Below, in pieces: positions 13,688-26,693 of a stretch of 64,000 nucleotides of DNA. Under the pieces are notes generated by a model, which was not told the origin of the DNA, searched no databases, and saw nothing but the letters and a program-made list of their open reading frames with translations. The stretch is from Somniosus microcephalus (Eukaryota). Each line of letters opens with the position of its first letter. Within the stretch, counting starts at the first letter, position 1. A program made the position numbers and the translations under genes. The stretch spans positions 207,452,001-207,516,000 of the forward strand of contig CM126208.1 of the NCBI GenBank assembly GCA_052327205.1, given 5' to 3'.

Positions 13688-16600
13688 ATGGATCAACTCC
13701 TGAAACCCGAACGTTTGGATTTGGATCAACATGCTCCGGACGCTTCAGCACGCTTCGGACACTGGTTTGAGTGTCTGGAATTCTTCCTGGACAATTCCGC
13801 AGCCGTCAAAGACGCTACGGACGCTGCGAGGATGAGACTCGGAATTCTGCGGAATTGGGTAAACCACCGGGTTTACCCCCTCATCCAAGACGCCGATACG
13901 TACCTGGCCGCCTGCGACATCTTAAAGGCGCATTACCAGCAGCCTACGAATGAGGTGTATGCTAGGCATCTGCTCGCAACTCGCGCACAGCGACCTGGGG
14001 AATCGGTGGAGGAGTTCCTAAGCACCCTGAAAATGCTTGGCAAAGACTGCAAGTGCCGAGATGTAAAAGCCGCAGTGTACACTGACGAGCTTGTTCGCGA
14101 TGCCTTTATCACAGGCCTCAGCTCCACTTACATCCGGCAAAGACTGCTGGAAAAAACGGGGTTGGACCTGAAACAGGCTGCGGACACCGCGCGATCCCTG
14201 GATGTGGCCCAGAGAAACTCGGACGCCTACTCTTCAGCCCGCGCCGTCCACGCCACCACGTGTGCACCGAGGGTGCCGCCATCTTGGAAGGCATCTTCCC
14301 CGCCCGGCAGCCCGACACCGGCGGGGCCCCGCTCTTCCCCCAGAAGCCCTACGACAGCCGCGGCGCGTCAGGGACCCAACCGCTACTTCTGCGGGTAGCC
14401 AAAACACACCAGAAACCTGTGCCCGGTGAAAGGCACCACCTGCTTTAAGTGCGGTAAGAAGGGGCACTTCGGGAAGGTGTGCAGAGGGAACCCCGCCAGA
14501 AAACCAACCGCCGGAAAACCCGCCACCGCCGCGTTTGCGCCGTGGGAGCGGCCATCTTGGACGCCATCTTGCCCGACCTCGTGGGGTCCGCCATCTTATG
14601 AGCAGACAGCGTGGATGCCATCTTCTATCGATCAGGGCCCTACAGTGGCATCGGTCACAGTGGACCAGACCAGGCCGCACCCGGTATCCAAATCAATGGT
14701 GGACATCGAGGTAAACGGGTGCCGGGTTAAATGCTTAATTGACAGTGGAAGCACGGAGAGTTTTATCCACCCTGAACTGGCACAACAACTCTCCCTAAAG
14801 GTGGTCCCTGCTCAGGGTACCATCTCTATGGCTGATAAAACCCAGACATCGACCATTCTGGGTTACTGCATGGTACAATTGGGCGTTAACGGAACTGTAT
14901 ACGATAATTTTAAAGTATTAATAATGAAGAACCTAGGTGCAAGCGTGATCTTGGGCCTGGATTTCCAGTGCAACCACCAAAGCATCACGCTCAAGTACGG
15001 TGGGTCCCAGCCGCCCCTCACAGTGTGCAGTCTGGCTACCCTGAAGGTAAAGCCGCCTTCGCTATTCGCGAACCTTACCCCTAACTGCCGGCCAATAGCG
15101 ACCAAAAGCAGGAGGTACAGCTGGGAGGACAGGCGGTTTATCGCGACCGAGGTAGACAGGCTCCTGAAAGAGCACATTATTGAACGCAGCAACAGCCCGT
15201 GGCGCGCCCAAGTGGTAGTGGTAAGGGGTAGCGAGAAGAAACGGATGGTGATCGACTATAGTCAAACGATCAACAGGTACACCCAACTAGACGCCTACCC
15301 GCTACCCCGCAGATCAGAAATGGTGAACCAAATCGCCCAATACCGGGTGTTCTCCACCATCGACCTCAAGTCAGCGTACCACCAGCTCCCTATCAGACCA
15401 GAGGACCGCCCGTACACCGCCTTCGAGGCGAACGGATGCCTCTACCAATTCCTCAGAGTCCCCTTTGGGGTGACGAATGGGGTCTCGGTCTTTCAGAGGG
15501 AGATGGACCGCATGGTCGATGACCACCACTTGCAGGCAACCTTCCCCTACCTCGACAACGTCACCATCTGCGGTCACAACCAGCAGGATCACGACTCGAA
15601 CCTCGAGAGGTTCCTGGAAACCGCACAAAAACTCAACCTCACCTACAACGAGGACAAGTGCGTTTTCAACACCACGCGCCTCTGCATACTAGGCAGCGTG
15701 GTGGAGAATGGGGAAATCGGACCAGACCCCGACCGATTGCGCCCCCTATGGGAGCTGCCCCTGCCCAACACTCCCAAAGCCCTGAAAAGGTGCCTGGGGT
15801 TATTTTCTTATTATTCCCAATGGGTCCCCAACTACTCCGACAAAGCCCGCCCCCTCTTGAAAGCATCCTCTTTTCCGCTCTCTGCTGAGGCCCACGCCGC
15901 CTTCAAAAGCATTAAGCAGGATATTGAGCGGGCCACGCTACAGGCAGTGGACAAGAACACTCCATTTCAAGTGGAAAGTGATGCGTCTGACTTCGCCTTG
16001 GCGGCCACCCTCAACCAGGCGGGGCGGCCCGTAGCTTTCTTCTCGAGGACCCTCCAAGGGCCCGAGATCAGACACTCCTCCGTGGAAAAGGAGGCCCAAG
16101 CCATCGTGGAGGCAGTGCGCCACTGGCGCCACTACCTAGCCGGCAAATGCTTCACCCTACTTACCGACCAGCGGTCGGTAGCGTTTATGTTCAATAATAA
16201 ACAGAGGGGGAAGATTAAAAATGATAAGATTCTTAGGTGGCGGATCGAGCTCTCCACCTTCGAGTATGACATCATTTACCGGCCAGGGGCCCTTACGAAT
16301 CCCCTGACGCCCTCTCATGAGGGATGTGTGCCAGCGCCACCGGGGATCGGCTACAGACCCTCCACAACGACCTCTGCCACCCAGGGGTCACGCGGCTGTT
16401 CCACTTCATAAAGTCCCATAACTTACCCTACTCGATTGAGGAAGTTCGGTCTCTGACCAGGAACTGCCGCACTTGCGCTGAGTGCAAGCCCCGGTTCTAC
16501 CGCCCAGATAGAGCCCACTTAATCAAAGCTACACGGCCCTTTGAGCGGCTCAGCTTAGATTTCAAGGGCCCCCTCCCGTCCGTCGACCGCAATGTTTACT

Positions 16601-17460
16601 TCCTGAACATTGTGGACGAATACTCCCGGTTCCCATTCGCCTTCCCCTGCCCAGACATGACCAGCGCCACTGTCATTAAATGCCTCAACAGCCTGTTCTG
16701 CCTGTTCGGTATGCCGAGCTACATCCATACGGATAGGGGGGCGTCCTTCATGAGTGAAGAGCTACGCCAGTACATGCTGTCCAAGGGGATCGCCATGAGC
16801 CATACCACCAGCTACAACCCCCGGGGTAACGGCCAAGTGGAGCGAGAGAACGGGACAGTATGGAAAGCAGTCACTCTAGCTCTAAGGACCAAGGGCCTCC
16901 CTATCTCCCGCTGGCAGGAAGTCCTCTCGGATGTGCTCCATTCGATACGGTCGCTATTGTGTACGGCCACTAATGCCACGCCTCATGAACGAATGTTTGT
17001 CTTTCCCCGGAAATCCACCTCAGGCGTATCCATGCCATCATGGCTCTCCACCCCAGGTCTGGTACTCGTGCGAAGGCATGTGAGGGGCCACAAGACGGAC
17101 CCTCTCGTGGAGCCAGTACACCTACTCCACGCCAACCCCCAATACGCATATGTCCGGCACGCCGATGGAAGGGAGAACACCGTGTCCATAAAAGACATCG
17201 CCCCAGCAGGCATCGACAACAACCACGGCAATAGCAGCAACAATGATCACAGCAACTCTTACCCACCCACTACTCTTTCATCACCCCCAGAAGAACATCG
17301 ACCAACGGCACCCCCACCAACTACCCCTTCAACAACCCTGGCGGCACCCCCGGCAGAGACCCAGGAGGCTACCGGGGACACCCAGCCGACACCCACGGCA
17401 CCACAACAGCCACGTCGGTCGCAGAGGACTATCAAACCCCCGAACAGACTAAATCTATAG
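13688..17460 (+). pseudogene. gag-pol of A1, single frame, disrupted
   Basis: Gag with CCHC knuckles, protease LIDSGS, RT IDLKSAYHQ...YLDN, RNase H ESDAS, integrase HHCC plus D(LDFKG)-D(TDRG)-E(QVER). Premature TAG at 14396-14398 (CAG in A2) and a 1-bp deletion near 16294. Confidence 0.93.
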
Positions 17461-17470
17461 AAGGGGTGAA
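17459..17470 (+). promoter_or_regulatory. Polypurine tract of A1
   Basis: AGAAGGGGTGAA immediately before the 3' LTR. Confidence 0.85.
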
Positions 17471-17745
17471 TGTGATGAAATATTCCATTCATCACTGCCT
17501 GTGACTGTGGTCGGTTTCAGTGTCATTTCCCTTCCCCCAGTCCTCATTGTATTGTTTATTGGAATGTGCTGGAATGTGCTGTGTGTAGGGCTCCGCCCAT
17601 ACCTGGCCCCTTTTGTAAGCTAGCTCAGTCTGGCCTCAGTCTCCAGAAGGAGGATGCCTCTCTCTCTTACGTGTTACTTTCTAAGTTAATAAAAGCCTTG
17701 TTTTGTTTCGCTAACATCGAGTCTCGGAATTATTGAGGCACATCA
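17471..17745 (+). repeat. 3' LTR of A1 (275 bp)
   Basis: Direct repeat of 13397-13661. Confidence 0.95.
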
Positions 17746-20700
17746 ATGAGCGACCAGGATACAGTGTGAGCGACTAGGGTGCAATGTGAGGGATCAGGGT
17801 CCAGTGTGAGTGACCAGGATCCAGTGTGAGGGACCAGGGTCCAGTGTGAGGGACCAGGGTCCAGTGTGAGGGACCAGAGTACAGTGTGAGGGACCAGGAT
17901 ACAGTGTGAGTGACCAGGATCCATTGTGTGGGACCAGGATCCAGTTTGAGGGACCAGGGTCCAGTGTGAGGGACCAGGGTACAGAGTGAGGGACCAGGGT
18001 ACAGCGTGAGGGACCAGGGTCCAGCGTGAGGCACCAGGGTCCAGCGTGAGGCACCAGGGTCCAGCGTGAGGCACCAGGGTCCAGCGTGAGGCACCAGGGT
18101 CCAGCGTGAGGCACCAGGGTCCAGAGTGAGGCACCAGGCTCCAGCGTGAGGCACCAGGGTCCAGCGTGAGGCACCAGGGTCCAGCGTGAGGCACCAGGGT
18201 CCAGAGTGAGGCACCAGGCTCCAGCGTGAGGCACCAGGCTCCAGCGTGAGGCACCAGGTTCCAGTGTGAGGACCAGTGTCCAGTGTGAGGCACCAGGGTC
18301 CAGTGTGAGGGACCAGGGTCCAGTGTGAGCGACCAGGATACAGTGTGTGGGACCAGGGCATAGTAAGAGAGACCAGGGTACAATGTGATGGGCCAGGGTA
18401 CAGTGAGAGAGTGCAGGGTACAGTGTGAGTGATCAGGATACAGTGTGAGGGATCAGCGTACAGTGTGCGGGGTCAGGGTATAGTGAGAGAGACCAGGGTA
18501 AAGTGTGAGGGACCAGGGTACAGCGTGAGTGACCAGGGTACAGCGTGAGTGACCAGGGTATAGCGTGAGCGATCAGGGGACAGTTAGAGGGAACAGGAGA
18601 CAGTGTGAGGGACCAAGGTACAGTGTGAGGGAGCAGGGTACAGTGTGAGCAGCCATGATACAGTGTGAGCGGCCAGGATACAGTGTGGGTGGCCAGGATA
18701 CAGTGTGAGCGGCCAGCGTACAGTGTGAGCGGCCAGCGTACTGTGTGAGCGACCAGGTTACAGTGTGAGCAACCAGGGTACAGTGTGAGCGGCCAGGGTA
18801 CAGTGTGAGCGACCAGGGTACAGTGTGAGCGACCAGGTTACAGTGTGAGCAACCAGGGTACAGTGTGAGCGACCAGGGTACAGTGTGAGCGACCAGGGGA
18901 CAGTGTGAATGACCAGGATACAGTGTGAGCGAACAGGATACAGTGTGAGCGAACAGGATACAATGTGAGCGAACAGGATACAGTGTGAGTGACCAGGATA
19001 CAGTGTGATGCACCAGGATACTTTGAGTGGGACCAGGGGACAGGCTGAGGGATCAGGGTACAGTGTGAGGGACCAGTGTAAAGTGTGAGGGACCAGCATA
19101 CAGTGTGAGGGACCACGGTACAGTGTGAGGGACCAGGGTCTAATGTGAGGGACCAGGGTCCAGTGTGAGGGACCAGGGTACAGTGTGAGCGACCAGGATA
19201 CAGTGAGAGCGACCAGGGTACAGCGTGAGCGACCAGGGTACAGCTTGAGTGACCAGGGTACAGCGTGAGCAACCAGGGTACAGTGTGAGGGACCAGGGTA
19301 CAGTGTGAAGGAGCAGAGTACAGTGTGAAGGAACAGGGTACAGTGTGAAGGAGCAGGGTACAGTGTGAGGGACCAGGGTACAGTGTGAGGGACATGGGGA
19401 CAGGGTGAGAGAACAGGGGACAGTGTGAAGGAGCAGGGTCCAGTGTGAGGGACCAGGGTCCAGTGTGAGCGGCCAGGTTACAGTGTGAATGAAAAGGATA
19501 CAGTGTGAGCGACCAGGATACAGTGTGAGCGACTAGGATACAGTGTGAGCGACCAGGGTCCAGTGTGAGCGACCAGGGTCCAGTGTGAGCGACCAGGGTC
19601 CAGTGTGAGCGACCAGGGTCCAGTGTGAGGGATCAGGGGACAGTGTGAGGGACCAGGAGACAGTGTGAGGCACCAGGGTCCAGTGTGAGGCACCAGTGTG
19701 CAGTGTGAGGCACCAGGGTCCAGTGTGGGGGACCACGGTCCAGTGTGAGTGAGCAGGGTCCAGATTGACAGACCAGGGTGCAGTGTGAGCGACCAGGATA
19801 CACTGTGAGCGAAAAAGATACAGTGTGAGCTACCAGGGTGCAGTGTGAGGGATCAGGGTCCAGTGTGAGGGACCCGGGTCCAGCGTGAGGGACCAGGGTC
19901 CAGCGTGAGGGAGCAGGGTCCAGTTTGAGGGACCCGGGTCCAGTGTGAGGGACCAGGGTCCAGTGTGAGGGACCAGGGTCCTGTTTCAGGTACTAGGGTC
20001 CAGTTTGAGGGACCAGGGCCCAGTGTGAGTGACCAGTGTCCAGTGTGAGGGACCCGGGTCCAGTGTGGTGGGTCAGGGTATAGTGAGAGAGACCAGGGTA
20101 AAGTGTGAGCGACCAGGATACAGCGTGTGGGACCAGGGCATAGTAAGAGAGAACAGGGTACAATGTGGTGGGCCAGGGTACAGTGTGAGAGAGCAGGGTA
20201 CAGTGTGAGTGACCAGGGTACAGTCTGAGTGACCAGGGTACAGCGTGAGCGACCAGGGGACAGTTAGAGGGAACAGGAGACAGTGTGAGGGACCAAGGTA
20301 CAGTGTGAGGGACCTGGGTACAATGTGAGCGGCCAGGATGCAGTGTGAGCGGCCAGGATACAGTGTGAGCGACAAGGATACAGTGTGAGCGACCAGGATA
20401 CAGTGTGAGCTACCAGGGTACAGTGTGAGCAACCAGAGTACATTGTGAGCGACCAGGGTACAGTGTGAGGGGCAAGGGTACAGTGTGAGGGACCAGGGTC
20501 CAGTGTGAGGGACCAGGATACAGTGTGGGTGACCAGGATACAGTGTGGGCGACCAGGATACAGTGTGAGCGACCAGGATACAGGCTGAGTGACCAGGATA
20601 CAGGCTGAGCGACCAGGATACAGTGTGAGCGACCAGGATACAGTGTGGGTGACCCGGATACAGTGTGGGTGACCAGGATACAGTGTGGGTGATGTGCCTC

Positions 20701-20997
20701 AATAAATCCGAGACTCAATGTTAGCGGAACAAAACAAGGCTTTTATTAACTTAGAAGGTAACACACAGTGGAGAGGTTTCTTCCATCCAGAGGTCTGCAG
20801 TACTGGATGTGAGCCACGCTGAGCCTGCTTACATAGGGGCCAGGTTTGGGCGGAGCCCTACACACAATACAATACAAGGTGAGGAAACGGAACTGAGGTA
20901 AGGGAAATGAAACTGAAACTAAACCACAGTCACAGGCACAATCACACAGAGAATACAGATGAGTGATGAATGGCATATTTCATCACATTCACCCCTT

Positions 20998-23900
20998 CTA
21001 TAGATTTAGTCTGTTCGGGGGTTTGATAGTCCTCTGTGACCGACGTGGCTGTTGTGGTGCCGCGGGTGTCGGCTGGGTGTCCCCGGTGGCCTCCTGGGTC
21101 TCTGCCGGGGGCGCCGCCAGGGTTGTTGAAGGGGTAGTTGGTGGGGGTACCATTGGTCGATGTTCTTCCGGGGGTGATGAAAGAGTAGTGGGTGGGTAAG
21201 AGTTGCTGTGATCGTTGTTGCTGCTGTTGTCGTGGTTGTTGTCGTTACCGGCTGGGGCGACGTCTTTTATGGACACGGTGTCCTCCCTTCTGTCGGCGTG
21301 CCGGACATACGCGTATTGGGGGTTGGCGTGGAGTAGGTGCACTGACTCCACGAGAGGGTCCGTCTTGTGGCCCCTCACATGCCTTCGCACGAATACCGGA
21401 CCTGGGGTGGAGAGCCATGACGGCATGGATACGCCTGAGGTGGATTTCCGGGGAAAGACAAACATTCGTTCATGAGGCGTGGCATTAGTGGCAGTACAAA
21501 ATAGCGACCGTATCGAATGGAGCACATCTGAGAGGACTTCCTGCCAGCGGGAGATAGGGAGGCCCTTGGTCCTTAGAGCTAGAGTGACTGCTTTCCATAC
21601 TGTCCCGTTCTCTCGCTCCACTTGACCGTTACCCCGGGGGTTGTAGCTGGTGGTATGGCTCGTAGCGATCCCCCTGGACAGCATGTACTGGCGTAGCTCT
21701 TCACTCATGAAGGACGCCCCCCTATCCATATGGATGTAGCTCGGCATACCGAACAGGCAGAACAGGCTGTTGAGGCATTTAATGACCGTGGCGCTGGTCA
21801 TGTCTGGGCAGGGGAAGGCGAATGGGAACTGGGAGTATTCGTCCACAATGTTCAGGAAGTAAACATTGCGGTCGACGGACGGGAGGGGGCCCTTGAAGTC
21901 TAAGCTGAGCCGCTCAAAGGGCCGTGTAGCTTTGATTAAGTGGGCTCTATCTGGGCGGTAGAACCGAGGCTTGCACTCAACGCAAGTGCGGCAGTTCCTG
22001 GTCAGAGACCGAGCTTCCTCAATCGAGTAGGGTAAGTTACGGGACTTTATGAAGTGGAACAGCCGCGTGACCCCTGGGTCGCAGAGGTCATTGTGGAGGG
22101 TCTGTAGCCGATCCCCGGTGGCGCTGGCACACATCCCTCGTGAGAGGGCATCGGGGGATTCGTTAAGGGCCCCTGGCCGGTAAATGATGTCATAATCGAA
22201 GGTGGAGGGCTCGATCCACCACCTAAGAATCTTATCGTTTTTAATCTTCCCCCTCTGTTTATTACTGAACATAAACGCTACCGACCGCTGGTCGGTAAGT
22301 AGGGTGAAGCGTTTGCCAGCTAGGTAGTGGCGCCAGTGGCGCACTGCCTCCATGATGGCTTGGGCCTCCTTTTCCACGGAGGAGTGTCTGATCTCGGGCT
22401 CTTGGAGGGTCCTCGAGAAGAAAGCTACGGGCCGCCCCGCCTGGTTGAGGGTGGACGCCAAGGCAAAGTCAGACGCATCACTTTCCACTTGAAAGGGAGT
22501 GTTCTCGTCCACTGCCTGTAGCGTGGCCTGCTCAATATCCCGCTTAATGCTTTTGAAGGCGGCGTGGGCCTCAGCAGAGAGCGGAAAAGAGGATGCTTTC
22601 AAGAGGAGGCGGGCTTTGTCGGAGTAGTTGGGGACCCATTGGGAATAATAAGAAAATAACCCCAGGCACCTTTTCAGGGCTTTGGGAGTGTTGGGCAGGG
22701 GCAGCTCCCGTAGGGGGCTCAATCAGTCGGGGTCTGGTCCGATTTCCCCATTCTCCACCACGCTGCCTAGTATGCCGAGGCGCGTGGTGTTGTAAACGCA
22801 CTTGTCCTCGTTGTAAGTGAGGTTGAGTTTTTGTGCGATTTTCAGGAACCTCTCGAGGTTCGAGTCGTGATCCTGCTGGTTGTGACCACAGATGGTGACG
22901 TTGTCGAGGTAGGGGAAGGTTGCCTGCAAGTGGTGGTCATCGACCATGCGGTCCATCTCCCTCTGGAAGACCGAGACCCCATTCGTCACCCCAAAGGGGA
23001 CTCTGAGGAATTGGTAGAGGCGTCCATTCGCCTCGAAGGCGGTGTACGGGCGGTCCTGTGGTCTGATAGGGAGCTGGTGGTACGCTGACTTGAGGTCGAT
23101 GGTGGAGAACACCCGGTATTGGGCGATTTGGTTCACCATTTCTGATATGCGGGGTAGCGGGTAGGCGTCTAGTTGGGTGTACCTGTTGATCGTTTGGCTA
23201 TAGTCGATCACCATCCGTTTCTTCTCGCTACCCCTTACCACCACCACTTGGGCGCGCCACGGGCTGTTGCTGCGTTCAATAATGCGCTCCTTCAGGAGCC
23301 TGTCTACCTCGGTCGCGATAAACCGCCTGTCCTCCCAGCTGTACCTCCTGCTTTTGGTCGCTATTGGCCGGCAGTTAGGGGTAAGGTTCGCGAATAGTGA
23401 AGGCGGCTTTATCTTCAGGATAGCCAGACCGCACACTGAGGGGCGGCTGGGACCCACCGTAATTGAGCGTGATGCTTTGGTGGTGGCACTGGAAATCCAG
23501 GCCCAAGATTACGCTTGCACATAGATTCTTCATGATTAGTACTTTAAAATTATCGTGTACAGTTCCGTTAACGGACAATTGTACCGTGCAGTAACCCATA
23601 ATGGTCGATGTCTGGGTTTTATCAGCCATAGAGATGGTACCCCGCGTAGGGACCACCTTTAGGGAGAGTTGTTGTGCTAGTTCAGGGTGGATAAAACTCT
23701 CCGTGCTTCCACTGTCAATTAAACATTTAACCCCGCACCCGTTTACCTCGATGTCCACCATTGATTTGGATAGCGGGTGCGGCCTGGTCTGGTCCACTGT
23801 GACCGATGCCACTGTAGGGCCCTGATCGAGACAAGATGGCGTCCACGCTGTCTGCTCACAAGATGGCGGACCCCACGAGGTCGGGCAAGATGGCGTCCAA

Positions 23901-24745
23901 GATGGCCGCTCCCACGGCGCACATGCGGCGGTGGCGGGTTTTCCGGTGGGGTTCCCTCTGCACACCTTCCCGAAGTGCCCCTTCTTACCGCACTTAAAGC
24001 AGGTGGTGCCTTTCGCTGGGCACAGGTTTCTGGTGTGCTTCGACTGCCCGCAGAAGTAGCAGTTGTGTCGCCGACGCATTGCGGCTGTCGTAGGGCTTCT
24101 GGGGGGAGAGCGGGGCCCCGATGGTGTCGGGCTGCCGGGCGGGGAAGATGCCTTCCAAGATGGTGGCGCCCTTGGTGCACACGTGGCGGCGTGGGCTGAA
24201 GAGTAAGCGTCCGAGTTTCTCTGGGCCACATCCAGGGATCGCGCTGTGTCCACAGCGTGTTTCAGGTCCAATCCCGTTTTTTCCAGCAGTCTCTGCCGGA
24301 TGTAAGTGGAGCTGAGGCCTGTGATGAAGGCATCGCGAACAAGCTTGTCAGTGTACACTGCGGCTTTTACATCTTGGCACTTGCAGTCTTTGCCAAGCGT
24401 TTTCAGGGTGACTAGGAACTCATCCAGCGATTCCCCAGGTCGCTGTGCGCGAGTAGCGAGCAGATGCCTAGCATACACCTCATTCGTAGGCTGCTGGTAA
24501 TGCGCCTTTAAGATGTCGCAGGCGGCCGGGTACGTGTTGGCATCTTGGATGAGGGGGGAAACCCTGTGGCTTACCCAATTCTGCAGGATTCCAAGTTTCA
24601 TACTTTCAGCGTCCGTAGCGCCTGTGACGGCTGCGGAATTGTCCAGGAAGAATTCCATACACATAAACCAGTGTCCGAAGCGTGCCGATGTGTCCGAAGC
24701 ATGCTGGTCCAAATCCAAATGTTCGGGTTTCAAGAGTTGATCCAT
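20998..24745 (-). pseudogene. gag-pol of A2, disrupted
   Basis: Same domains as A1, including YLDN. Frameshift near 23440 and in-frame TGA at 22723-22725 (CGA in A1). Confidence 0.93.
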
Positions 24746-24757
24746 TGTGTTGAAAAG

Positions 24758-24770
24758 TAAGTTAATAAAA
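24758..24770 (-). promoter_or_regulatory. PBS-position self-complementary sequence of A2
   Basis: Plus-strand TAAGTTAATAAAA at 24758-24770 is an inverted repeat of TTTTATTAACTTA at 24823-24835 inside the 5' LTR. Confidence 0.7.
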
Positions 24771-26693
24771 TTGATGTGCCTCAATAAATCCGAGACTCAA
24801 TGTTAGCGGAACAAAACAAGGCTTTTATTAACTTAGAAGGTAACACACAGTGGAGAGGTGTCTTCCATCCAGAGGTCTGCAGTGCTGGATGTGAGGCACG
24901 GAGAGCCTGCTTACATAGGGGCCAGGTATGGGCAGAGCCCTACACACAATACAATACAAGGTGAGGAAACGGAACTGAGGTCAGGGAAATGAAACTGAAA
25001 CTAAACCACAGTCACAGGCACAATCACACAGAGAATACAGATGAGTGATGAATGGCATATTTCATCACAGTGGGCGACCAGGATACAGTGTGGGCGACCA
25101 GTATACAGGCTGGGCGACCAGGATACAATGTGAGTGACCAGGATACAGTGTGCCAGACCAGGATACAGTGTGAGCGACCATGATACAGTGTGAGGGACCA
25201 GGATACAGCGTGAGAGACCAGGATCCAGTGTGAGGGACCAGGGTCCAATGTGTGGGACTAGGGTCCATTGTGAGAGACCAGGGAACAGTGTGAGCGACCA
25301 GGGTCCAGTGTGAGCAGCCAGGGTCCAGTGTGAGGGACCAGGGTCCAATGAGTGGGAGCAGGGTACAGTGTGAGAGACCAGGGAACAGTGTGAGGGACCA
25401 GGGTCCAGTGTGAGGGACCAGGGTCCAGTGTGAGGGACCAGGGTCCAATGTGTGGGACCAGGGTACAGGGTGAGAGCCCAGGGAACAGTGTGAGCGACCA
25501 GGGTCCAGTGTGAGGGACCAGGGTCCAGTGTGTGGGACCAGGATACAGTGTGAGCGACCAGGGTCCAGTGTGTGGGACCAGGGTCCAGTGTGTGGGACCA
25601 GGGTCCAGTGTGTGGGACCAGGGTACAGTGTGAGAGCCCAGGGAACAGTGTGAGCGACCAGGATCCAATGTGTGGGACCAGGGTCCAGTGTGTGCGACCA
25701 GGGTCCAGTGTGAGAGACAAGGGAACAGTGTGAGCGACCAGGGTCCAGTGTGAGCGACCAGGGTACAGTGTGAGCGACCAGGGTCCAGTGTGAGGGACCA
25801 GGGTCCAGTGTGTGGGAACAGGGTCCGGTGTGAGCGACCAGGTTACAGTGTGAGCGACCAGGATCCAGTGTGAGCGACCAGGGTACAGTGTGAGGGGCCA
25901 GGGACCAGTGTGAGGCACCAGGGTCCAGTGTGAGGCACCAGGGTCCATTTTGATGGACCAGGGCCCTGTTTGAGCGACCAGGGTGCAGTGTGAGCGACCA
26001 GGATACAGTGTGAGCGACCAGGATACGATGTGAGGGACCAGGATACATTGTGAGGTACCAGGGTCCAGTGTGAGGGACCCGGGTCCAGTGTGAGGGACCA
26101 GGGTCCAGTGTGAGGGACCAGGGTCCAGTTTGAGGGACCAGGTTCCAATGTGAGGGACCAGGGTCCAGTGTGAGGGACCAGGGTCCAGTGTGAGCGACCA
26201 GGATACAGTGTGAGCGACCAGGATACAGTGTGAGCGACCAGGATACAGTGTGAGCGACCAGGATACAGTGTGAGCGAACAGGATACAGTGTGAGCGACCA
26301 AGATACAGTGTGAGCGACCAAGATACAGTGTGAGGGACCAGGTTACAGTGTGAGGGATCAGGGTACAGTGTGAGGGATCAGGGTGCAGCGTGAGGGATCA
26401 GGGTACAGTGCGAGAGAGCAGGGTACAGTGTGAGCGACCAGGGTACCGTGAGAGGGAGCAGGGTACAGTGTGAGCAACTAGGCTCCAGTGTGAGTGACCA
26501 GGTTACAGTGTGAGCGACCAGGGTACAGTGTGAGGGATCAGGGTGCAGCGTGAGGGATCAGGGTACAGTGCGAGAGAGCAGGGTACAGTGTGAGTGAGCA
26601 GGGTACAGCGTGAGCGATCAGGGTACAGCGTGAGTGACCAAGGTACAGCGTGAGAGACCAAGGTACAGCGTGAGAGACCAGGGTACAGCGTGA

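Larger units (their letters stand above)
13397..17745 (+). mobile_element. Full-length Ty3/Gypsy LTR retrotransposon (element A1)
   Basis: TG...CA LTRs at 13397-13661 and 17471-17745; TSD GTGAG/ATGAG (1 mismatch); PPT at 17459-17470; gag-PR-RT-RH-IN order. Confidence 0.97.
20690..25069 (-). mobile_element. Full-length Ty3/Gypsy LTR retrotransposon (element A2, sister subfamily of A1)
   Basis: 298-bp LTRs at 24772-25069 (5') and 20690-20987 (3'), about 8 differences; perfect TSD GTGGG at 20685-20689 and 25070-25074; PPT near 20988-20999; protein nearly identical to A1. Confidence 0.97.

Noticed and set aside
14396-14398. Programmed read-through stop between gag and pol in A1
   Set aside because: The TAG lies inside a zinc knuckle and the sister copy has CAG, so it is a simple C-to-T lesion.
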